A model generated the notes under the pieces. The model was given only the letters and a program-made list of their open reading frames with translations. It ran no database searches and was not told where the DNA came from. This document shows, in pieces, positions 23,724-29,518 of a stretch of DNA of 36,348 nt. Every line of letters starts with the position of its first letter. The first letter of the stretch is position 1. The position numbers were made by a program, and so were the translations under genes. Origin of the DNA: a virus; IMG/VR virus record IMGVR_UViG_3300020050_017826, positions 1-36,348 of that record; one strand, 5' to 3'.

Positions 23724-24334
23724 TTCTCACCTTCCTTACTTATTTTATTGTTGATATATCTTTTTTTAGACCTAGCATTTGAACAGGGTTTGCACAATTT
23801 ACGTTTCCCAGACATGTAGGTCGTTTCAGGTTTCCAGGGATGCAAATTTTTGCAGGTTTTACCTAAATCAACACCAAATCTATTTAACGTATTCTCACGC
23901 TTCGTAACCCACCTACAATTAGAGGGGCTATAACCTTCGCCGCCATCAATGCGATCAATAGTTAGTCCTTCTTTGTAGCCATTTTCCTCCGCCCATTTAT
24001 GGAAAACAACAAAATCATTCCAAGTATTTGTAAGTTTTACGCCCTTTCCACCATAAAAACTAAAGTATGCGCTGCGTGGATTATTGCATCTATCTTTCAT
24101 GCTCGCCCAGATCCGGTATAGTTTGGTCTTACTTAGTTTATAATTATTCCTCTTGTAACAGAGCTTACAACCTTTTCTATTTGAATATTGCAAATTTGAT
24201 TCAGAAACCAACACCACGCCTCCACACACGCACACACAATCAAAGACGCGTTTCTTCCATTTGTCTCGATGCGATAACGACCTTAGGGTTAAGGTCCCAA
24301 ATACTGAGCCTATTTCAAATTTATTTTTCATCAT
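23720..24334 (-). CDS. HNH-like homing endonuclease-related protein
   Basis: The ORF opens at a TTG (24385); the first ATG is 24334. Cys cluster CVCVCGG...CKLC. Module YRIWASMKDRCNNP...YGGKGV...TIDRIDGGEGYSPSNCRWVTKRENTLNR is common in phage proteins annotated as HNH endonucleases. Confidence 0.55.
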   Translation of the reverse strand: MMKNKFEIGSVFGTLTLRSLSHRDKWKKRVFDCVCVCGGVVLVSESNLQYSNRKGCKLCYKRNNYKLSKTKLYRIWASMKDRCNNPRSAYFSFYGGKGVKLTNTWNDFVVFHKWAEENGYKEGLTIDRIDGGEGYSPSNCRWVTKRENTLNRFGVDLGKTCKNLHPWKPETTYMSGKRKLCKPCSNARSKKRYINNKISKEGEK

Positions 24335-24572
24335 TTTTTCGTATGAATCTGTTAAGCCATTCTTCAACTTCAAGAGGGTATTCAATTTTTATTTTCATAT
24401 GGCTATCTAAATAGCTCTCTCCAGTGTTAGTTTCTATCAAATCTTTGGCCTCCTCTACCAGCTCGATTAGGTCGGGAACGCTATCGGCAAGGAAATCAAC
24501 ATTTCCACCAAAACCTTGCTTATAATCTTCGTGTAGGCTTTTGAGCCTCTCCAAATCAATCTTTGGTTTCAT
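24321..24572 (-). CDS. Small early protein, PIDLEKLKSL family (paralog of 25656..25883)
   Basis: ATG 24572 has SD GAGGAAG. MKPKIDLERLKSLHEDYKQGFGGNVDFL... and a C-terminal EEWLNRF. Confidence 0.5.
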   Translation of the reverse strand: MKPKIDLERLKSLHEDYKQGFGGNVDFLADSVPDLIELVEEAKDLIETNTGESYLDSHMKIKIEYPLEVEEWLNRFIRKNDEK

Positions 24573-24783
24573 TTTTGTCTTCCTCTTCATACATAGCTAA
24601 AGCAAGCCTTTCAGCTTCAAACGGTGATATGCATCTAATACACTCGATGTACTCTTTTCCTGGAAATCCATCGGAGCTGTCGTCCTCTTGAATATGAAAC
24701 TGACCTTTAGTTGTGAATTTTCCACATACGTCGCATTTTACTGGCTTGGTCATTTTTTTCTCTAGGTCTATGGGGGCTTTCAT
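24556..24783 (-). CDS. Small zinc-ribbon protein with a PIDLEK N-terminus
   Basis: ATG 24783 has SD GGAGG. MKAPIDLEKK, CDVCGK ... CIRC. Confidence 0.5.
   Translation of the reverse strand: MKAPIDLEKKMTKPVKCDVCGKFTTKGQFHIQEDDSSDGFPGKEYIECIRCISPFEAERLALAMYEEEDKNETKD
24765..24780. repeat. 16-nt string GGTCTATGGGGGCTTT at a gene start (identical copy at 25037..25052)
   Basis: Read directly. Both copies encode the KAPID N-terminus of adjacent genes. TTCTCTAGGTCTAT at 24758..24771 is also identical to 25858..25871. Confidence 0.85.
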
Positions 24784-25058
24784 TTTGGCCTCCAATTATT
24801 ATCGTATGCTTCCTGTGCAAAGCATCCGAGTGTTTTTTGATGGTATCCGTGTCCGGGCATAGATTGTTCTAGGTCTAATGATGCCCGATAGTCGCATCGA
24901 GCTGAACACACATATCCACCGTAATGGTTTTTCTTCACTCGTTCTTTGGTGACCGGATGATACGCCTCACCACCAAAACGATAGTCTCTACCTTCAAGAA
25001 CGAGCCCACAGTTGCGACAAGTTGCAATATCTTTTGGGTCTATGGGGGCTTTGGTCAT
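24780..25058 (-). CDS. Small zinc-ribbon protein with a KAPID N-terminus
   Basis: 92 aa. MTKAPIDPKD, CRNCG ... CSARC. Confidence 0.5.
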   Translation of the reverse strand: MTKAPIDPKDIATCRNCGLVLEGRDYRFGGEAYHPVTKERVKKNHYGGYVCSARCDYRASLDLEQSMPGHGYHQKTLGCFAQEAYDNNWRPK

Positions 25059-25336
25059 TTAATGGCCTCGTACTTCTTTTGAAATACCTCATCTTTGCAT
25101 GGGTAAAATTCTCCGATAAGACCTTTGATGATCCAGTCGCCTACATTGGCCCGCATCACGCCTTCAAGTGTTTCGATATTAATATAGGCTTCTTGCAAGG
25201 TCTTAAGAGTTTGATTCCATGATCCTGTGATATACAGTCCGAATGGGCCGCTTCTTTGGTTCAGTAGGCAGTCTAACGCAAGCTCTTCGGTAAATTTAAT
25301 AGCTTCAATCTCTACTGGCTTTGATTTGTATTTCAT
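25055..25336 (-). CDS. Conserved phage hypothetical protein (KPVEIEAIKF ... GDWIIKG..GEFYPCK type)
   Basis: ATG 25336 has SD GAGGAG. The pattern recurs in many phage genomes with unknown function (from memory). Confidence 0.5.
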   Translation of the reverse strand: MKYKSKPVEIEAIKFTEELALDCLLNQRSGPFGLYITGSWNQTLKTLQEAYINIETLEGVMRANVGDWIIKGLIGEFYPCKDEVFQKKYEAIK

Positions 25337-25659
25337 TTCTTCCACTCCTCATCCAGCGCGGCGAGCCATTCATTGGCCCTACTAACACATCCAGGACATG
25401 GTTTTTCTCCGTCACAGTCAAGAAACTCGGGAACTAACCCCTTAGCTCCCTCCAAAAGCTTCTCTTGGCGGGCGAGTTTAGTGGTTGCTTCCAGAAGTTT
25501 TGCGGCAAGTAATTCTTTTTCCACGTAACTAACTTTATATCTGTGAATATCTTCCGCTTGCGCTTCTAGGGTGGAGATGATTTCCATGATTTCGCCTCGT
25601 TTTAAAGTTGCGTATGTTCCGTCTTCCAATACTTTCAACCGTTCGATGAGGGATTTCAT
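25333..25659 (-). CDS. Small coiled-coil protein, distant member of the same family (LIERLKVL ... NEWLAAL)
   Basis: ATG 25659 overlaps the upstream TGA. Confidence 0.5.
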   Translation of the reverse strand: MKSLIERLKVLEDGTYATLKRGEIMEIISTLEAQAEDIHRYKVSYVEKELLAAKLLEATTKLARQEKLLEGAKGLVPEFLDCDGEKPCPGCVSRANEWLAALDEEWKK

Positions 25660-25883
25660 TCTTGCTCCTTGAAGTTGGCTAACCATTCATCACAAAGTAG
25701 ATCACAATCATGATCAATATAAGGATCTTCTTTTAGGTACCCGTTTATTATAGTCTGGGCCTGCTCTAGGAGGGAGCATAGCTCCGGTACAGTGCGCACC
25801 AAGAAATCTGCATTACCGTCAAAGCCTTCGATGTAATCAGTTGCTAAAGATTTCAACTTCTCTAGGTCTATTGGTTTTTTCAT
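25656..25883 (-). CDS. Small early protein, PIDLEKLKSL family
   Basis: 75 aa. MKKPIDLEKLKSLATDYIEGFDGNADFL ... DEWLANF. About 55 percent identical to 24321..24572 over the first 47 residues. Confidence 0.5.
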   Translation of the reverse strand: MKKPIDLEKLKSLATDYIEGFDGNADFLVRTVPELCSLLEQAQTIINGYLKEDPYIDHDCDLLCDEWLANFKEQE

Positions 25884-25884
25884 C

Positions 25885-26421
25885 TTAGTAATGCTCGTTG
25901 AAAAGTTGATTGTTCACGTCGACGCTAAAGAAACATCCACTACCATCAGTAGTTTGAAAATTATTTCCCGCAAGCAAAATTGAGAACCTTGTGTAGTCAC
26001 CATTAAAATTATTAGAAAAAGAGGCGAGTAGTCTATCATCAGCAAGACGAATCAAAACTTCGTCATGTACGCCCGGAAAATCCGAACACGGATCCACAAT
26101 CACTAAAATACCGCTAGGGCCTACCGCGCCATTGCTCCCAGCTACGCCATTGCACACATCTACCAAAGAGTAGTTCTTATCCGTACTGTCTATGAGGCCA
26201 TTGGAATTGGAATCCGTCGCCGTTAGTAAACTATACCCACCCGCAACGCACGATACTGCTAATGGCAGTACTTCGATAAGAGCGTCATGTCCATCAAATC
26301 CAGCTTCACCCTGTGGTCCCTCCACAACACACTCTTCACACGCAAAAGTGAAAGTTGCTTTTTCCTCACACGCACTCACCCACACACTCAACACCAAACC
26401 TAATATGATTTTAGTTTTCAT
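25885..26421 (-). CDS. Lipoprotein with short collagen-like GXY runs
   Basis: ATG 26421 has SD GGAG. MKTKIILGLVLSVWVSAC carries a lipobox (VSAC). GPQGEAGFDG and GSNGAVGPSG repeats, several Cys residues. Confidence 0.6.
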   Translation of the reverse strand: MKTKIILGLVLSVWVSACEEKATFTFACEECVVEGPQGEAGFDGHDALIEVLPLAVSCVAGGYSLLTATDSNSNGLIDSTDKNYSLVDVCNGVAGSNGAVGPSGILVIVDPCSDFPGVHDEVLIRLADDRLLASFSNNFNGDYTRFSILLAGNNFQTTDGSGCFFSVDVNNQLFNEHY

Positions 26422-26452
26422 TTTATGCTCCATTTTCCGGTCAACCATGATC

Positions 26453-27106
26453 TTACCTCAAGCTAAGCTCTATGCCAAGGAAGTCCGCGCCTAAGTTCTC
26501 ACTCGACCCACTTCCATTGCTAAAGTGTGCACCAAATATGCCAAGTTTTGCGCCCAAGCCCTTGCTCACCACTCCAAAAGCCACTCGATTCTCAACCTGA
26601 AGGTGAGTCGCAATTCCAGTGGTGCGTTTGTCAAAAACCGCAACTCCTACGGATGCACTAGCATAGAGGATATCGTTTTCCGCCAAAGCCTCCGTACCCA
26701 CACTCACAAAAGTGTTCCAGTTTTGCGTGAGAAAGTTCACATGATTTATACCACCCACACTCCCATACAGATGAAACACACTCACAACCCTTTCACGTGC
26801 CGTGATGCTGAGGTACTTTTGGTTTTGAACGTACTTTTGACCTAGCCCGGTTCTTAGCGTAAGTTCAGTTGCACTCACATTCAGTGTCAAACCCACGATG
26901 AAAGTTACGAGTATGGCTTTGAGATGTTTTAAGGTCACTTTTAATTGAAACACGCTAGGAGTAGTGTAGGATGACATGTATTTTTTATGAAACTTGATGT
27001 ACGCGAATGCTTTCTTTTTGTTTGTGTACCTCGCACCATCCAAGAGAAGGTCCGTCAACTTGTCATCATACTTTCCGATAATGTATATGTTTTGCTTACG
27101 TTTCAT
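26453..27106 (-). CDS. PagL-like outer-membrane beta-barrel (lipid A 3-O-deacylase / acyloxyacyl hydrolase family candidate)
   Basis: 217 aa. Internal signal-like LKHLKAILVTFIVGLTLNVSA (alternative start ATG 26977), then amphipathic beta strands. The C-terminal ...LGIFGAHFSNGSGSSENLGADFLGIELSL resembles the HxSN catalytic region of PagL (IHYSNAG...NDGIES in P. aeruginosa, from memory). Confidence 0.55.
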   Translation of the reverse strand: MKRKQNIYIIGKYDDKLTDLLLDGARYTNKKKAFAYIKFHKKYMSSYTTPSVFQLKVTLKHLKAILVTFIVGLTLNVSATELTLRTGLGQKYVQNQKYLSITARERVVSVFHLYGSVGGINHVNFLTQNWNTFVSVGTEALAENDILYASASVGVAVFDKRTTGIATHLQVENRVAFGVVSKGLGAKLGIFGAHFSNGSGSSENLGADFLGIELSLR

Positions 27107-27141
27107 GTTTTTACTCTTTTTCTTTGTTGTTTTTTTTTATG

Positions 27142-27513
27142 TTACTTTGCGAATGGATGCAGATTCTTCCCACATACTTTACATATCACCCATCCGTCAA
27201 GTGGATATGACCCTGGAGTGCAGGTGTGTTCATCTCTAGTGCTAGCTCGCTTTGGATCTTGAAAGAACAAACCACGTTGTATTTCTTCCTCTTGGGTAAG
27301 TCCATTTGGTGTAGCCGTCGGATGACACGATACACAATTTGGATCTAAGCAAGACCCCACACTTCTTTGGTCCATTATGGTTTTAGCTCCATAAGCTTTT
27401 GTACACACCCAACACACATTACTTCTGCAAGTGTCCACTCCATAGGTAAAACCCAAACTCACACAACATATTCCACACTTACACGCCAAACTACCATCAC
27501 AACCTTTAGTCAT
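27142..27513 (-). CDS. Cysteine-rich hypothetical protein (14 Cys, several CxxC)
   Basis: 123 aa with CKCGICC, CWVC, CVSC and CKVC. Confidence 0.5.
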   Translation of the reverse strand: MTKGCDGSLACKCGICCVSLGFTYGVDTCRSNVCWVCTKAYGAKTIMDQRSVGSCLDPNCVSCHPTATPNGLTQEEEIQRGLFFQDPKRASTRDEHTCTPGSYPLDGWVICKVCGKNLHPFAK

Positions 27514-27739
27514 GAGTATCCTTTTTTAGGAGTGATTTGAAGTGCGCAATACTCTCAAGTGCACTTGCTTGGAAATCTTCATCTAGTGTTTGCATCATGA
27601 GTACACGAGTGGCGATTATAGCGGCTTCCGGCACAATATGAGATGCCATTACAGCCATTTCTAGAGATGTGAGATTCTCTCGAAGTGTACGAAGGCTTTT
27701 CTTAATGTGTGATCTAGGGTGTGATCTAGGGTCTGTCAT
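27506..27739 (-). CDS. Hypothetical early protein
   Basis: 77 aa with ATG preceded by AAGGA. It is the first gene after the tandem promoters. Confidence 0.5.
   Translation of the reverse strand: MTDPRSHPRSHIKKSLRTLRENLTSLEMAVMASHIVPEAAIIATRVLMMQTLDEDFQASALESIAHFKSLLKKDTHD
27707..27730. repeat. Exact tandem 12-mer GTGTGATCTAGG x2
   Basis: Read directly. It spans codons 4-11 of gene 27506..27739 and encodes PRSHPRSH. Confidence 0.9.
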
Positions 27740-27810
27740 GTTGTGCTGTCCTTTGCTGTTAAAGTTGTTGTATATCTTATTTTACCTTACGATGTAAACC
27801 TCGGGAAGAA

Positions 27811-27826
27811 CGCTATTTTCGTGCCA
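27811..27826 (-). promoter_or_regulatory. sigma54-type match TGGCAC-GAAAA-TAGCG
   Basis: The reverse complement has a perfect -24 box and GC at -12 with correct spacing. It is intergenic, 72 nt before ATG 27739. No sigma70 -10 box is found at the right distance. Confidence 0.35.
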
Positions 27827-27833
27827 AGTTGAG

Positions 27834-27863
27834 ATTATAGCGGTGGTGCAATCTGTGTGCCAA
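27834..27863 (-). promoter_or_regulatory. Promoter readable two ways: sigma70 TTGGCA-N18-TATAAT, and an exact sigma54 TGGCAC-ACAGA-TTGCA (27847..27862)
   Basis: Both readings come directly from the minus strand. The element is 15/17 identical to the promoter at 28308..28324, which has TTGAA instead of TTGCA. Confidence 0.5.
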
Positions 27864-27879
27864 GCTGTGATTATCCTTG

Positions 27880-28242
27880 CTACCGGACCATTTTGAACCG
27901 TGGATGACGTGAGATGTCGCGAACATTGCTGGTGCCATCTTGAGCTAGCCAGTTTGATACTTCCATGAGGAAGGCTTCGTATACCTTAGGCTTGAACACC
28001 CTAGTGGTGAACATGGCTAGGAGCACATCCAGCACATCTTCATCTTGGGTGGTTCCAGCGCTTCCTGTGAGCTTGAGGGTGAAGGCTATGTCCTCCAAGA
28101 TGGCCAGAGTACGAACCTTGCCTAGGTCTAAGTATGATTTCTCCAGGGCTTGGATTGGACTTAAGAACGAAAGCTGGTCATGCCAGTAGCGTTCCATGGT
28201 CTGAGTGGGGTTTAAGTCTTCATCTAAGTGGGAGTTTTCCAT
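27880..28242 (-). CDS. Hypothetical early protein
   Basis: The ORF opens at a TTG (28260). ATG 28242 (MENSHLDED...) has SD AAGGA. It is the first gene of the leftward train. Confidence 0.5.
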   Translation of the reverse strand: MENSHLDEDLNPTQTMERYWHDQLSFLSPIQALEKSYLDLGKVRTLAILEDIAFTLKLTGSAGTTQDEDVLDVLLAMFTTRVFKPKVYEAFLMEVSNWLAQDGTSNVRDISRHPRFKMVR

Positions 28243-28262
28243 TTTGAGTGTTCCTTTCAAGG

Positions 28263-28301
28263 ATGGTCATGCTCATGGTCATACCCATGCGTATGATCAT
28301 A
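28263..28301. repeat. Three copies of the ATGGTCAT / TATGATCATA motif overlapping the -10 box and early transcribed region of the leftward early promoter
   Basis: ATGGTCAT at 28263..28270, ATGGTCATA at 28275..28283, TATGATCATA at 28292..28301. Confidence 0.8.
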
Positions 28302-28324
28302 CTGTGATTCAAGCTGTGTGCCAA
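28296..28324 (-). promoter_or_regulatory. sigma70-like early promoter TTGGCA-N17-TATGAT
   Basis: On the minus strand: -35 box at 28324..28319 and -10 box at 28301..28296, about 50 nt upstream of ATG 28242. Confidence 0.55.
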
Positions 28325-28453
28325 GTTTGGTGGGAAAGTATGATTGAAGAGTGGGATTGTGATTATACTCTTTATACTGGTGAAAATGAGTGATTTGAAG
28401 CATGGGTATGAGTTTAAACATGATTTAAATCGAGATGAGCATTCTAAGTTTTT

Positions 28454-28471
28454 AGAAAGTTCAGAAAGTTC
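28454..28471. repeat. Tandem 9-mer AGAAAGTTC x2
   Basis: Read directly. AAGTTC is the complement of the GAACTT half-site of the next repeat family. Confidence 0.85.
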
Positions 28472-28506
28472 GTGGACTTGATCACCATGGCCATGTGTGT
28501 CACAAA

Positions 28507-28605
28507 GAGAACTTAAGTTTGCACTTCGCTATGTGTGTGGTTTTGATCATGATTTTGACCAAAAATGGGAACTAAAGTTTACAGTTGGGGGAACTGGAGT
28601 TACAC
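28507..28605. repeat. Three direct copies of a 17-18-nt element with a palindromic core (GAGAACTTAAGTTTGCAC, GGGAACTAAAGTTTACAG, GGGAACTGGAGTTACAC)
   Basis: Copies at 28507..28524, 28567..28584 and 28589..28605. Core is AACT-NN-AGTT. Confidence 0.75.
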
Positions 28606-28784
28606 CAGGGCTAGAAGTCAAGCGCATGGCTAAGATGCGAACGATGAACACTTTGGGGTGATTAGGGCGTGTAGATGTGTGTGTGTTTTCCTCACTAATG
28701 TAAAAAAGCAGGGTGGGGGGTGTCCAAGTGCTTGGTTGGCTTGGTTTTTCTCACCCTTTAGAGTTTTGTATGGGTACGTTTTTA

Positions 28785-28799
28785 ATTATTATTATTATT
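28785..28799. repeat. (ATT)5 microsatellite within an AT-rich tract
   Basis: Read directly. Confidence 0.9.
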
Positions 28800-28981
28800 T
28801 ATACTACCATACAGAGAACGTTATACACTGAAAGACTAACCCATACGGGGACTTATGGCCAGGGGGTCGAACTTTTTCACACAGGTGAGGATTTTGGTTT
28901 GCTCAGATCGTTTAAAATCAACTTAGGACTTTTTTACCACCAAATCCTGAAAGTTGGCTCAAGCCTTGCATACTCCAAGGT

Positions 28982-29242
28982 ATGAGCATGAAAGAATATC
29001 TCAAAACTGCAAAGTTACTTTCCCGGCTTGGGGAAGCTGACATAGATTTCCTAAAACTTGTACCTAGGACTTTGGACCAAGTGATGAGGGAGTACGCTAG
29101 AAGCTACCTCATCATGAAGGCCGGGTCGTATGAAGTCGCGGCCAAAGAGCTAGGAGTGTCGGAAGCCACTCTTTACCGCTTGGTTCCTTCAAAAACCATA
29201 AAAAGAAGCGCGAAGAGGGTGAAGCATGTTCCGGAGGACTGA
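28982..29242 (+). CDS. Stand-alone Fis/NtrC-type helix-turn-helix (HTH_8-like) DNA-binding protein
   Basis: 86 aa. MREYARSYLIMKAGSYEVAAKELGVSEATLYRLV resembles the C-terminal DNA-binding domain of Fis and NtrC-family activators. An excisionase-type HTH_17 fold cannot be excluded. Confidence 0.6.
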   Translation: MSMKEYLKTAKLLSRLGEADIDFLKLVPRTLDQVMREYARSYLIMKAGSYEVAAKELGVSEATLYRLVPSKTIKRSAKRVKHVPED

Positions 29243-29257
29243 GGTTTAGATCACGGT

Positions 29258-29335
29258 ATGACCATACACATGGTGGTCATATACCACCATTCATGACCAT
29301 ACATTACACTACACGATGGGAAGCCGTGACCATAA
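29258..29335. repeat. Cluster of ATGACCATA(CA) motifs plus an 8-bp-arm palindrome downstream of the HTH gene
   Basis: ATGACCATACA at 29258..29268 and 29293..29303, TGACCATAA at 29327..29335. ATGGTGGT (29270..29277) pairs with ACCACCAT (29283..29290) and encloses an inverted TGGTCATAT. Confidence 0.8.
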
Positions 29336-29518
29336 TCACCATACCCCCCTCCCCCCAAAGAAAAAACCACACCCCCTCTGTCACGCTGCATCACAGTGTA
29401 CACACAAAGACCCTCTTTTTTTTTTCTTTCTTCTAATTCCAAATGACACATAGCAACATGGTAAGCATACTCACACTCCAGGAAGTGTAGCGCTTAGAAT
29501 CCCGCGGGAGAGAAACTT

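Larger units (their letters stand above)
28243..28981. other. Non-coding control region between divergent transcription units (candidate origin / regulatory hub)
   Basis: About 0.74 kb with no credible ORF. It is dense in direct and inverted repeats, contains an (ATT)5 AT-rich tract and G-runs. Confidence 0.6.

Noticed and set aside
26462-26478. TTGGCAT-AGAGC-TTAGC just before the lipoprotein gene.
   Set aside because: The GG-to-GC spacing is one base too long, and the site is too close to the start codon.
28308-28323. TGGCAC-ACAGC-TTGAA as a sigma54 promoter.
   Set aside because: The invariant -12 GC is replaced by GA. The element has a well-spaced TATGAT -10 box, so it is called as a sigma70 promoter instead.
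28862-28872. GGGGGTCGAAC resembles a tRNA T-arm/T-loop.
   Set aside because: No complementary CCCCC arm, acceptor stem or anticodon arm can be drawn around it. No tRNA is present.
28713-28985. 90-aa plus-strand ORF in the control region, and the 66-aa minus-strand ORF at 29251..29451.
   Set aside because: Both run through repeat tracts ((ATT)5 gives IIIII; G/C runs give GGGG). They have non-ATG or unsupported starts and no SD. The DNA is better explained as regulatory.
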